Shown: positions 51,464-61,112, numbered from the stretch's first letter. The stretch: DNA of 64,000 bases from Gemmatimonadota bacterium (GCA_003222085.1 QHUK01000010.1:145801-209800), one strand, 5' to 3'. The notes: generated from the letters alone by a model not told the origin. A program made the numbers and translations.

Positions 51464-51664
51464 TTATCCCGGCGGCGCCTCCCCGGTGGCGACCCGCCAG
51501 ACCTCGTCCGTGAGCCATTCCAGCCGCTGCTGCGCGTAGTCGAGCTCCGCCGGCGTCATCTCCTTCGCCCGGCGGGCGATTTCCCGTGCGTGACCGAGCA
51601 GGTCGTCCAGGACCTCCCGCAGCGGTCTGTTCTGGCGACGCTCGGCTCGGGGCCGCGGGCTCAT
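51464..51664 (-). CDS. small hypothetical protein (66 aa)
   Basis: In-frame ATG 51664 overlaps the upstream stop (ATGA) within ORF 51464..52699. Helical, charged sequence. No family recognised. Confidence 0.4.
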   Translation of the reverse strand: MSPRPRAERRQNRPLREVLDDLLGHAREIARRAKEMTPAELDYAQQRLEWLTDEVWRVATGEAPPG

Positions 51665-52605
51665 GCGGTCTGAATCCCGAGGCTCCGCTCGTCGGCGGTC
51701 TTGAACTCCCCGGCGGCCGCGCGCACCGTCGAGGCCAGCCCCCGCTCGGCGAGGTAGCTCTCGACCAGCCGCAGGCCGAGATAATACCCCGAGCGCTCCG
51801 GCAGCACCTTCCCTGCTGTCAGGCGGGCGGCGGGGCGCATGCCCCCAGATAAGAAGCGCAGGCGCAGCCCCAGGCCCGTCTCGTCCAGCAGGGGCGCCGC
51901 TGCGCGTCGCAGGAACGCGTCGAGCTCCCGGATGCGACGGTACTGCCGACGGGTGTAGCCGAAGTATTCCCACGGCTCGAACCCCGGCGCCACCGCCTGC
52001 GCCGCCGCCACGGCCGCCCCCTCGTTCGCGACCAGCTCCCGCAGGGTGGCCCGGCTGCCGGTGTCCCAGTAGTCGTAATAGCCGCGCAGGTCGGTCACCA
52101 GGCGCTTCAGGTCGGCACGGCTCGTCGGCGACGTGTACCGCACCGCATGCGCCACCTCGTGCGCGATCCACAGCGGCAACAGGTGCGGCGCCAGCCCCAT
52201 CCCGTACGTCTGGGGGTTGGCCCGGCCCGTGAAATGCTCGAGACACACGAAGGCCAGGCCCCGCCCGCCCACCACCAGCTCCCCTGCGTTGGCGGCGCCC
52301 ACGCCGATCATCAGGTACAGGTCCACCGCGCAGTCCGCCTCGAGCTGCTCGAGCGAGCGGTGCAGCGCATCCTCCGCGATCGCGGCGACGTCCACGTCCT
52401 CGAGCAGCCGCTCCAGATCCGCGCGCTCGGCCCGCAACGCCGCTGCGACCACCCGCTCCGCGTGCGGCGAGGTCGGGTCCAGGACGTAGTTGTGCCAGTA
52501 GCTCTGCAACACCGGCTTGTGGCGCTCGAGATACTCGTGATAGGCCGCGGTGGGGTCGGGCGCGGCGAGGATCGCGAGGAACTCCGGCACGAGATTGACG
52601 AGCAT
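51661..52605 (-). CDS. putative zinc metalloprotease (DUF2268-like, HExxH)
   Basis: ORF 51661..52605. Contains HEVAHAV (HExxH). The family call is tentative. Confidence 0.55.
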   Translation of the reverse strand: MLVNLVPEFLAILAAPDPTAAYHEYLERHKPVLQSYWHNYVLDPTSPHAERVVAAALRAERADLERLLEDVDVAAIAEDALHRSLEQLEADCAVDLYLMIGVGAANAGELVVGGRGLAFVCLEHFTGRANPQTYGMGLAPHLLPLWIAHEVAHAVRYTSPTSRADLKRLVTDLRGYYDYWDTGSRATLRELVANEGAAVAAAQAVAPGFEPWEYFGYTRRQYRRIRELDAFLRRAAAPLLDETGLGLRLRFLSGGMRPAARLTAGKVLPERSGYYLGLRLVESYLAERGLASTVRAAAGEFKTADERSLGIQTA

Positions 52606-52704
52606 GACGCGGCCGGCCCCAATTTGGGAACCGGCCCCGCCGGAGACAAGCGCGCGCCCGTCCCGAAGGCCTGTGGGCCGGGACGCGACGGCTTGACAAC
52701 TCTA

Positions 52705-53535
52705 TCAGGTGTGGTCGCGCATCTTGCGGCTCATCTCGGCGAGGAACCGCCGCTCGGCGGGGGTGAGACTGTCGATGCCGCGCGCCGAGATCTTGTCGAG
52801 CACGCGGTCGATCTCTGCCTGCGCGGGGTCCCGCTCGACGCGGCGCGGCGGCTTGGGCGCGTCGCTGGCCCGTGCCGCGCGCCCTGGATGGACCAGCACG
52901 CTGGGCTCGGACCGGCGTCGGAGGTTGCGCTCGGCTCGTCCCAGCCGCCAGTCGCTGATCTTCAAGTAGAGGAAGCCGGTCGCGAAGCCGCCCAGATGCG
53001 CGAGGTGCGCCACGCCGTCACTGGTGGGCAGGAGCGCGAGCACGAGCGAGATCGCGACGATGAACGTCACGAGCCACTTGGCCGCGATCGGCGCCGGGAG
53101 GAGGAATACGTAGATCGGGTGGTCCGGCGCCGCCCACGCGAACGCCAGCAGCACGCCGTACACGGCGGCCGATGCGCCGACAACCGGATTCAGCCTGCCG
53201 AAGCTCCACCCCAGCACCAGCGATAAGGCGGCCCCGCCCAACCCGCACAGCAGGTAGTAGCGCAGAAACGGCCCGCCGCCCATCCGCTCTTCCACCTCGG
53301 GCCCGAACGCGTACAGCGCCAGCAGGTTGAAGGCGAGATGCAGCAGGTTTGCGTGGACGAACATGTAGGTGACGAACGTCCACGGCTGCCGCAAGGCGGA
53401 GAGCGGCGCGAACCCGAGCGTAGCGAGGAACGCCGGGTTGACGAACAGCGTCACCTGGAGGAGGAAGACCACGAGGTTGGCGACGATCAGCCGCCGTACC
53501 CACGGAGTCATGCCGAACAGCCGCTGCGGGCCCAT
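52705..53535 (-). CDS. rhomboid-family intramembrane serine protease
   Basis: Motifs: HANLLHLAFN, GASAAVYG (catalytic Ser), and AHLGGFATG (catalytic His) across six TM segments. Basic C-terminal tail. Confidence 0.88.
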   Translation of the reverse strand: MGPQRLFGMTPWVRRLIVANLVVFLLQVTLFVNPAFLATLGFAPLSALRQPWTFVTYMFVHANLLHLAFNLLALYAFGPEVEERMGGGPFLRYYLLCGLGGAALSLVLGWSFGRLNPVVGASAAVYGVLLAFAWAAPDHPIYVFLLPAPIAAKWLVTFIVAISLVLALLPTSDGVAHLAHLGGFATGFLYLKISDWRLGRAERNLRRRSEPSVLVHPGRAARASDAPKPPRRVERDPAQAEIDRVLDKISARGIDSLTPAERRFLAEMSRKMRDHT

Positions 53536-53542
53536 CGCGTAG

Positions 53543-54562
53543 TTATCCCCCGCGCGCGCTCCCCGAGTTCCCCGCGAGCCGGCAGATCCGCTCGCATAGC
53601 TCCGGAAACTCGATCCCCGCGGCGCGGGCGGCCTGCGGAAGGAGGCTGGTGCGCGTCATGCCGGGGAGCGTGTTCGCCTCAAGGCAAAAGATGTCGCCCT
53701 CGGGGCTCAACCGGAAGTCGACGCGCGAATACCCCCCGAGCTTGAGGGCGCGGTGTGCCGTCAATGCCAGCTCCTGCAGCTGCCGCGCCAGCGTCGTCTC
53801 GAGCTTCGCGGGGAAGACCTCCTCCGACATGCCCGGCGTGTACTTGCACTCGTAGTCGAACAGCTCGTGCTTCGGAGTGATCTCGCCCACCGGCAGGGGC
53901 ACGTCGCCCAGCACGCCCACCGTCAGCTCCCGTCCGGGGATGAACTGTTCCGCCATCACCTCGCGATCGTACGCGCTCGCGGCGAGCACCGCCGCGTCCA
54001 ACCCCTCGGCGTTGCGCACCAGCGTCATCCCCACGGAAGAGCCCATCTTCGACGGCTTCACGATCACCGGCCACCCCAGCGCCGTCGTCACGTCCTCCGG
54101 GGCGACCGGGGCCATGAACCACGCGGGCACCGGCACGCCCGCGGCCCGGAACAGCCGCTTGGCGAGGTCCTTGTCCATGGCGAGGGCGCTCGCCAGCGCC
54201 CCGCTGCCGGTGTAGGGCACCGCGATCACGTCCAGCACCGCTTGCAGGATCCCGCCCTCGCCCCGGCCGGCGTGCAGGCAGAGGAACAGCACGTCCGCGC
54301 CGGTGACCTCCTTGAGCCCGGCGAGCCCGTTCGAGAGCATGGCCCGCTCCCGCTCGTCGAGCTCGGCCACCGCGGGCGGCTCCCGGCCGACCGCGGTCGC
54401 GAGCAGCCGCTGCTCGTCCGTCGGGGAGAGGAGCCCGGTCACCGTATCGACGACCCGCACCGTGTGCCCGCGACTCCGTAACGCCTCCACGATCTGGGCG
54501 GCGCCGGCGAACGCGACCGCGCGCTCGGCCGTCGCGCCGCCGGTGAGCACCGCGATCCGCAT
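53543..54562 (-). CDS. ddl: D-alanine--D-alanine ligase
   Basis: In-frame ATG 54562 within ORF 53543..54988. Motifs: MRIAVLTGG...ER.V, VIVKPSKMGSSVGM, EANTLPGMT. Confidence 0.9.
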   Translation of the reverse strand: MRIAVLTGGATAERAVAFAGAAQIVEALRSRGHTVRVVDTVTGLLSPTDEQRLLATAVGREPPAVAELDERERAMLSNGLAGLKEVTGADVLFLCLHAGRGEGGILQAVLDVIAVPYTGSGALASALAMDKDLAKRLFRAAGVPVPAWFMAPVAPEDVTTALGWPVIVKPSKMGSSVGMTLVRNAEGLDAAVLAASAYDREVMAEQFIPGRELTVGVLGDVPLPVGEITPKHELFDYECKYTPGMSEEVFPAKLETTLARQLQELALTAHRALKLGGYSRVDFRLSPEGDIFCLEANTLPGMTRTSLLPQAARAAGIEFPELCERICRLAGNSGSARGG

Positions 54563-55947
54563 CAATGGATCCCGGCGAGCTGGTGGAGCACGTCGTAGCG
54601 GGTGACGATCCCCGCGATCTTGCCTTCGCGTCGCACCAGCGCCGCCGGTGTCTCGCGCGACAGCAGAGTGGTGAGCCGCTCGACGGGAAGGTCCGCATCC
54701 ACCACCGGGAACGGCGCATCCATCAGATCCTGGACGGGCTGGTCCAGCGTCGCCGGGTTCTCGAGCGCCCGGGCCATGAGCCCCTGCTCGGAGACCGCGC
54801 CCACCCCGTCGCCCACGTCCAGCACCGGGAGCTGCGACACGTTGTACGTGCTCATCAGGTTCAACGCCTGGCGCACCGTCGCCGTGGGAGCGACGGAGAT
54901 CAGCGGGGGCGCCCCGGAGTTTCGCGCCTCGAGGAGCTCTCCCACCGACACGCGCTCCGCTTCGAGGATCTGATTCTCCCGCAGCCATTCGTCGTTGAAG
55001 ACCTTCGACAGATACCGCTCCCCGGTGTCGGCGAGCACGGTCACCACGAGCGCCTGCGGGTCGTTCACCCGGCGCGCCACGTCGAGCGCTGCCACGACGT
55101 TGACACCGGTCGAGCCTCCGGCGAACAGGGCTTCCTCCTTGGCCAGGCGTCGCACCATGAGCATCGCGTCCTTATCGGACACGGTGACCCATTCGTCGAT
55201 CACGTCCCAGTGGAGCGAGGTCGGCAGCTTGTCCCCACCGATCCCCTCGACCTTGTAGGGGTGGCCCTCCGTCTTCTGATGGGTGCGCGCGTACTCGGTG
55301 TAGATGGAGCCCACCGGGTCGCCCGCAATAACGCGGACTCGCGGGTTCTTTTCCTTGAGAAACCGGCCGGCCCCGCTGATGGTGCCGCCCGTCCCCGGCG
55401 CGCAAACGAAATGCGTGATCTTGCCCGTCGTTTGCTCCCACAGCTCGGGACCGGTCGTGCGGTAGTGCACCTCGGGGTTCACCGGGTTGTAGTGCTGGTC
55501 GGCGAAGATCGCGTTCGGGTGCGCCGCGGCGATCGCCCGCCCCTTCATGATGTAGTTCTCCGGGTGGTCGGGGGGCACGGCGGTCGGCGTGATGATCACC
55601 TCGGCCCCGAGCGCACGCAGCAGCCGCGCCTTCTCCTGTGACATCTTGTCCGGCATGGTGAAGATGCAGCGGTAGCCCTTCACCGCGGCGGCGAGCGCGA
55701 GCCCCACCCCCGTGTTGCCCGAGGTCGCCTCCACAATCAGGCCCCCGGGCTTGAGGCGCCCTTCGCGCTCGGCGGCCTCGATCATCGCCAGCCCGATCCG
55801 GTCCTTCACGGAGCCGCCGGGATTGAAGAACTCCGCCTTGGCGTACACTGGCGTCCGGAGCCCGTGCGTGACCCGGTTCAGCCGGACCAGCGGTGTCCAG
55901 CCGATCGTCTCGAGGATGTTGCCGTACGGCCTAGTGTGGGACGGCAT
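54562..55947 (-). CDS. cystathionine beta-synthase (PLP cysteine-synthase fold plus tandem CBS domains)
   Basis: Motifs: NPGGSVKDRI (PLP Lys), SGNTGVGLA, GTGGTISG. The C-terminal CBS pair includes VSQLPVLD and AGIVTRYDVL. Confidence 0.85.
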   Translation of the reverse strand: MPSHTRPYGNILETIGWTPLVRLNRVTHGLRTPVYAKAEFFNPGGSVKDRIGLAMIEAAEREGRLKPGGLIVEATSGNTGVGLALAAAVKGYRCIFTMPDKMSQEKARLLRALGAEVIITPTAVPPDHPENYIMKGRAIAAAHPNAIFADQHYNPVNPEVHYRTTGPELWEQTTGKITHFVCAPGTGGTISGAGRFLKEKNPRVRVIAGDPVGSIYTEYARTHQKTEGHPYKVEGIGGDKLPTSLHWDVIDEWVTVSDKDAMLMVRRLAKEEALFAGGSTGVNVVAALDVARRVNDPQALVVTVLADTGERYLSKVFNDEWLRENQILEAERVSVGELLEARNSGAPPLISVAPTATVRQALNLMSTYNVSQLPVLDVGDGVGAVSEQGLMARALENPATLDQPVQDLMDAPFPVVDADLPVERLTTLLSRETPAALVRREGKIAGIVTRYDVLHQLAGIH

Positions 55948-56533
55948 TCGTATCGCGCTTGGCCGCGCTGTCCGGGATGGTGCGTGCCGTGTCCAGCGGC
56001 CGCGGGACCGTGTCCCGCTTCGCCGGCGTCGTATCGCTCCGCGCTGGGCGGACCGGAGCGGCAGGCGGCGGAACCGGAGCCGGTCGGGGACGCGTGGTGT
56101 CCGACTCCCCTTTGGAGAGGGCGCCGGCCCCGCCGCCCGTCTGCGGGTGACGGAACTCGATCGGCTGGAGGAACGCGGTGGCGATAGACAGGCCGTGTCG
56201 CCGCGCCGGAGCGAAGCGCAGCTTGCGCGCGCCCGTGAGCGCTGCCGAGTCGAGCGCGGGATAGCCGCTCGATTCGGCCACGCGACTCGATTCCGGCAGC
56301 AGTCGCCCCACAGAATCGACGAACAGGCGCAGCATCACGTCGCCCTCGACCTTCTGGTCGTACAGCCTGGGTGGGTACTGGATCGGCGAGTCGGCGTTCA
56401 GGGCCACTGGCGGCTCCTGGTCGGGCGGGACGCCGGGTGCCCCGCTTCCTGATTGCTCGGCCGGGGGAGCTTGGCGGCAGGCGGGGGGCCCGACGGCCAG
56501 GAGGCCCGCGAGCGCCAGGGTCCGGCCTCTCAT
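55931..56533 (-). CDS. TonB C-terminal-domain lipoprotein-like protein
   Basis: In-frame ATG 56533 (ATGA overlap with mutS). N-terminus MRGRTLALAGLLAVGPPAC. TonB_C-like block: PIQYPPRLYDQKVEGDVMLRLFVDSVG...YPALDSAAL. Pro-rich tail. Confidence 0.7.
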   Translation of the reverse strand: MRGRTLALAGLLAVGPPACRQAPPAEQSGSGAPGVPPDQEPPVALNADSPIQYPPRLYDQKVEGDVMLRLFVDSVGRLLPESSRVAESSGYPALDSAALTGARKLRFAPARRHGLSIATAFLQPIEFRHPQTGGGAGALSKGESDTTRPRPAPVPPPAAPVRPARSDTTPAKRDTVPRPLDTARTIPDSAAKRDTNAVPH

Positions 56534-59139
56534 GGTCCCTCCGCGAGCTGCTTCTTCCACGCCGCGAGCCGATTCAACGCCTCGAGTGGCGACAGGGCGT
56601 TCACGTCGAGCCGGTCGAGTTCCTCGAGCAGCGGATGCGGGCTTCCCGACGGGCCGAACAGGCCGAGCTGGGCCGCATCGGGGCGTGCGGGCGGAGCCTG
56701 GTGCGCCACGTGGTGACCCGCTTCGAGCAGCGCGAGCACCTGCCACGCCCGCCCCACGACCGGCGCGGGCAGCCCTGCCAGCTGCCCGACGTGGATGCCG
56801 TACGACCGGTCGGCGCCGCCCGGCTCGAGGCGGTGCAGGAACACGATCTCGTCCCCCGCTTCGCGCACGGCCACGTTGAAGTTGCGTGCGTGGGCGAGCT
56901 CCTCGGTGAGTTGGGTCAGCTCGTGATAATGGGTCGCGAAGATCGTCTTGCACCCGATCGTGTTGTGCAGGAACTCGGTCACCGCCCAGGCGATCGCGAC
57001 GCCGTCGTACGTGGAGGTCCCCCGTCCGATCTCGTCCAGGAGCACGAGGCTCCGCGCCGTCGCCCCATGGAGTATGGCGCTGGTCTCGCTCATCTCCACC
57101 ATGAATGTCGACTGGCCGCGCACCAGATTGTCCGACGCCCCTACCCGCGTAAACAGTCGATCCACCACGCCCACGACGGCCCGCCGCGCGGGGACGAATG
57201 CCCCCATTTGGGCGAGCACGACGCACAACCCGACTTGTCTGAGCAGGGTCGACTTCCCCGCCATGTTCGGCCCGGTGAGCAGGATCACGCGACCGGCCTC
57301 GTCGAGCAGCACGTCATTCGGGATGAATGCCTCGCGCGCCATCATACGCTCGACCACCGGATGGCGGCTTCCCTCGAGCACGATGGTGAAGCCGTCGTTG
57401 ACCTCGGGTCGCACGTACCCCTCGCGCTGCGCGACATCGGCGAGGGCGCCCCACACGTCGAGCCGGGCGAGCACGCCGGCCGTCGTCTGCACCCGGGCGA
57501 TCGCCTGGGCCACGCGGACACGCAAGGCGTCCACCAGCTCCGCCTCGCGCGCCGCGATTCGCTCCTCCGCACCGAGCACCTTGGCCTCGTACGCCTTGAG
57601 CTCGGGCGTGACGAACCGCTCGGCGCCGGATAGCGTCTGGCGCCGCTCGTAGTCGGGCGGCACACGGTCCCGGTGGGGGTTCGTGATCTCGAGGTAGTAG
57701 CCGAAGACCTTGTTGAACCCGACCTTGAGTGAGGCGATGCCGGTGCGCTCGCGCTCCCGTGCCTGGAGCCCGGCGATGTACTGCTTCCCGCCGTCGCGCG
57801 CGTCCTTGAGCTCGTCGAGCTCGTGATCGTAGCCGGCCCGAATTGCGTCGCCGTCCGACGCCTGGGCCGGCGGACGCTCCACCAGCGCCCGGGCGAGCTC
57901 GTCGCCCAGGTCCTGGAGGAGATCGAAGCGGTCCGCGGCGTCCTCGAGCAGCGACGCCCGCCCGCGCGCCTCCAGGCCGTCGAGCGCGGCGCGCACGTCG
58001 GGCAGACGGAGAATCGAGTCCCGCAACGCTCCCAGCTCGCGCGGGGTCGCGCGCCCGAGCGCGGCGCGGCCCGCCAGGCGCTCGACGTCGCGTACCCCGT
58101 CGAGGGCTTCGCGCAGGCGGTCTCGCCCGCGCACGTCGCTAGCCAGGACCTCCACCGCATCGAGCCGAGCGGTGATGGCGCCGGGATCGACGAGCGGCGC
58201 CAGCAGCCATCCGCGTAACAGGCGGGCGCCCATCGGCGTCATCGTGCGGTCGAGGACGGCGAGCAGTGTCGTCCCCGCCGCGCCGGCAGGAGCGGCGCGG
58301 AGCGGCTCCACCAGCTCGAGGTTGCGCCTTGTCATCTCGTCGAGCGGCAACAGGTCGCCCCGTCGCAGCACCCGGGGGCGGGCGAGCTGCGGGAGGCCGC
58401 CCGGCTTGAGCTCCCGCGCGTAGCGGAGCAGCGCCCCGACCGCGCCCAGGGCAGGGCGGTCGCCCGGCTCGACGCCGAGCCCGTCGATCGAAGCCACTCG
58501 GAAGGTGCGGGCCAGGTCCTCGCGCGCCAGCTCGGGATCGAACTCCCACGCCTCGCGCTCGGTGCGCACCGCGCCCGGCAGCGGGAAGGTGACGGGTGTG
58601 CCGCTGGGAAGCACCACTTCCCGGGGCTCGTAGCGACTGAGCACCGCCGCGAGGTCCTCGGGAGCCGTGGTCTCGAGCAGCAGCTCGCCGGTCGTGAGAT
58701 CGAGCGCCGCCATCCCGGCCGGCGCGCCGCGAGCGTCGACCGCCAGCAGGAAGTTGTTGCGGGTGCGCTCGAGCCAGTCGTCGGCGAGGACGGTGCCGGG
58801 AGTGACGGTCTCCACCACCGCACGGCGCACGAGGCCCTTGGCGAGCTTGGGATCCTCTACCTGCTCGCAAATCGCCACGCGGTGACCGAGCCCAATCAGC
58901 CGCCGCAGGTACTCGGTCGCCGCCTTGACCGGAACGCCGGCGAGCGGCACCTCTGCCGCGCCGCCGTTGTTGCGCGAGGTGAGGGTGAGGCCCAGTTCCC
59001 GGGCGGCGAGCTGCGCGTCGTCCTCGAACATTTCGTAAAAGTCTCCCATCCGGAAGAACAGGATGGTGTCCGGGTATCGCGCTTTGATCTCGCGATACTG
59101 CTGCATCAGCGGCGTGTCCGCCTCGACTCGTGGCGTCAT
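56530..59139 (-). CDS. mutS: DNA mismatch repair protein MutS
   Basis: Motifs: TPLMQQYREIKARYPDTILFFRMGDFYEMF, Walker A GPNMAGKSTLLRQ, STFMVEM, DEIGRGTSTYDG. Confidence 0.95.
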   Translation of the reverse strand: MTPRVEADTPLMQQYREIKARYPDTILFFRMGDFYEMFEDDAQLAARELGLTLTSRNNGGAAEVPLAGVPVKAATEYLRRLIGLGHRVAICEQVEDPKLAKGLVRRAVVETVTPGTVLADDWLERTRNNFLLAVDARGAPAGMAALDLTTGELLLETTAPEDLAAVLSRYEPREVVLPSGTPVTFPLPGAVRTEREAWEFDPELAREDLARTFRVASIDGLGVEPGDRPALGAVGALLRYARELKPGGLPQLARPRVLRRGDLLPLDEMTRRNLELVEPLRAAPAGAAGTTLLAVLDRTMTPMGARLLRGWLLAPLVDPGAITARLDAVEVLASDVRGRDRLREALDGVRDVERLAGRAALGRATPRELGALRDSILRLPDVRAALDGLEARGRASLLEDAADRFDLLQDLGDELARALVERPPAQASDGDAIRAGYDHELDELKDARDGGKQYIAGLQARERERTGIASLKVGFNKVFGYYLEITNPHRDRVPPDYERRQTLSGAERFVTPELKAYEAKVLGAEERIAAREAELVDALRVRVAQAIARVQTTAGVLARLDVWGALADVAQREGYVRPEVNDGFTIVLEGSRHPVVERMMAREAFIPNDVLLDEAGRVILLTGPNMAGKSTLLRQVGLCVVLAQMGAFVPARRAVVGVVDRLFTRVGASDNLVRGQSTFMVEMSETSAILHGATARSLVLLDEIGRGTSTYDGVAIAWAVTEFLHNTIGCKTIFATHYHELTQLTEELAHARNFNVAVREAGDEIVFLHRLEPGGADRSYGIHVGQLAGLPAPVVGRAWQVLALLEAGHHVAHQAPPARPDAAQLGLFGPSGSPHPLLEELDRLDVNALSPLEALNRLAAWKKQLAEGP

Positions 59140-60005
59140 GGCTCCTCCACCACGAACGGCTGGCCACCGAGCCGGGTCTTGAGGCGTCGCTGGGCTTGCG
59201 CAGCTTCGTCGTGCGTCGCGTACCGTCCGACTCGCACCTTGAAGAGGCCGCTGGTGTCCCGCACCACCCGGGCGTCGAAGCCCATCACTTTCAAACGGGT
59301 GAGCATCTCGTCCACCTGCGCCGCGCTCTTCACGGCCAGTACCTGCACGGCATACGTCGCGGCCGAGGGCGTGGGCCTCGCCTGACTATCGCCCGCCGGG
59401 GCGGACGCGGCGGCCGGCGCGGCTACGGTGGCGGAGGCACACCGCGAGGCGTAGAAGCTCACCTGATTCTTGAACTCCACGTCGGCACCAGCGCCGTCCA
59501 GCGCCTCGCGGATCAGAGGACAGCCGCGGGCGTCATCTTTGAGGTCGAAGTAAGCGCGCGCGCCCCAGAAGGCCGCCCGGGCCCGCAACGGAGAATCGGG
59601 ATAGTCGAGGCGCAGCCGCTCCGCCGCTTGTACGGTGGCCGCGGGATCGCCCTGGGCGAAGTAGAGCTGGGTGAGCAGCACGAGCGCCGAGTCGGCCCAT
59701 ACCGACCGCCCGTATTCGACCACGACGCGCTGCAGGTTCGTCGCGGCGGTCGCTGCGTCGGCCGCGATGCGGCCTGCGGTAAAGAGTACGCCGGGGTAGA
59801 CGGAATCCTGCGGGGACAGGCTCGCAAGCAGCCGGCGAACCATGGCGCGCGCGGAGTCGGGGCGGGTCTGCGCGACCCGGAGGGCGGCCACGCGGACGGT
59901 GTCCGTCTGGGCGGACAGGCGGACGGGCGGACAGACGGACAGGGCCACGATAGCGAGGACGACCATCCGTCCGACCGCCCGACCGTCCGCCCGTCCGACA
60001 CTCAC
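59136..60005 (-). CDS. SPOR-domain protein with TPR-like/YbgF-like central region
   Basis: In-frame GTG 60005 (GTGA overlap with holA) within ORF 59136..60167. TM/signal segment MVVLAIVALSV. C-terminal SPOR block: YAVQVLAVKS...FKVRVGRYATHDEA. Confidence 0.75.
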   Translation of the reverse strand: MSVGRADGRAVGRMVVLAIVALSVCPPVRLSAQTDTVRVAALRVAQTRPDSARAMVRRLLASLSPQDSVYPGVLFTAGRIAADAATAATNLQRVVVEYGRSVWADSALVLLTQLYFAQGDPAATVQAAERLRLDYPDSPLRARAAFWGARAYFDLKDDARGCPLIREALDGAGADVEFKNQVSFYASRCASATVAAPAAASAPAGDSQARPTPSAATYAVQVLAVKSAAQVDEMLTRLKVMGFDARVVRDTSGLFKVRVGRYATHDEAAQAQRRLKTRLGGQPFVVEEP

Positions 60006-61072
60006 GCCGCCTCCCTCGCTCGCACGCCCCAGGGCAGCACCAGCTGCTCCAGGATGCCGGCTTCGTCGCTCAGCGTGCTCGACTTGAGGGCGCGATCGGC
60101 GTCGAGGGCCCGCCGCAGCGCGTGACGCAGCTCGCCGGCGGACCAGAGCCCCGCCCACCGGGCCCAACGGAGAGCGGTCTGCTCCCAGCTCCCCAGGCCG
60201 TACGGTCGCGCCGCTCGGAGGTGCGACAGCAGCGCAGCCTCGAGGCGATCGTGTCGCGGGCCGCCACCGCGCGGTGCGTCGCGGTCGAGCTCCGCCCGAG
60301 CGAGCGCCGTGCCGATGAGGGCCGTGCCGAGGGCGCTGAGCATGCGGACGCCGCTCATGCCGGCCTGCTCGAGCACCGCCTCGACGAGCCGGGCGGCGTC
60401 GGCTGCGCGCCGCTCAAGGGCCGCGTCCACGAAATCCTGGAGCGTCTCGCCGCGGCGCACCCCGACGAGCGCGGCCACCTCATCCCGGGTGGCCGGTCGC
60501 CCGGCGCACAGCGGGGCGAGCTTCTCGAGCTCTCGGGCAAGGCCGCTGAGGTCGTTTCCCACGCTGGCGAGGAGCAGCTCCCCCGCCTCGGGCGCGAGGG
60601 CGAGACCCAGCTGCTTGGCGCGGTGCCTCATCCAGCGCTCGACCCGGTCTGGAGGCAACGCCGCGACGTGAACGGCCGTCGCCCGGCGTACGAGCTCGGG
60701 GTCGGGCGGCTCGGCACCACCGTGCACCAGCACCAGCACCGTTGTGGGATTGGGAGCATCGAGATAGTGGAGCAGCTCCTGGCGCACCTTGGCGGCCTTG
60801 CGAAGCTGCTCCATCCCCCGGAGGACGACCACCCGGGTGGCGGTGAGCATGGGGGGCGTGTTCACCAGCGCATTGAACGCTTCGGGGTCGAGATCGGTGG
60901 CTGCGCGCTGGTCGAGGTTGAAGTCGCGGGCGGCCGGGTCGACCGCGCGCTCCACGAGGGCGCGCACCGCCTCGTCCTTCAACTCGTCCTCCTCGCCGTG
61001 GAGATAGTAGACGGCATCCGGCGCGCCCTGCTTCAGGCTCCGGAGCAGTGCGTCAAAGGTGAGAGCCCCCAT
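60002..61072 (-). CDS. holA: DNA polymerase III subunit delta
   Basis: ORF 60002..61072. N-terminus with YYLHGEEDELKDEAV...FNLDQ and PPMLTATRVVVLRG, typical of HolA. Length 356 aa. Confidence 0.85.
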   Translation of the reverse strand: MGALTFDALLRSLKQGAPDAVYYLHGEEDELKDEAVRALVERAVDPAARDFNLDQRAATDLDPEAFNALVNTPPMLTATRVVVLRGMEQLRKAAKVRQELLHYLDAPNPTTVLVLVHGGAEPPDPELVRRATAVHVAALPPDRVERWMRHRAKQLGLALAPEAGELLLASVGNDLSGLARELEKLAPLCAGRPATRDEVAALVGVRRGETLQDFVDAALERRAADAARLVEAVLEQAGMSGVRMLSALGTALIGTALARAELDRDAPRGGGPRHDRLEAALLSHLRAARPYGLGSWEQTALRWARWAGLWSAGELRHALRRALDADRALKSSTLSDEAGILEQLVLPWGVRAREAA

Positions 61073-61112
61073 ACGGGGCGGAAGTTACCGTGGCCTGGAG
61101 TCGAGAGAAAGC

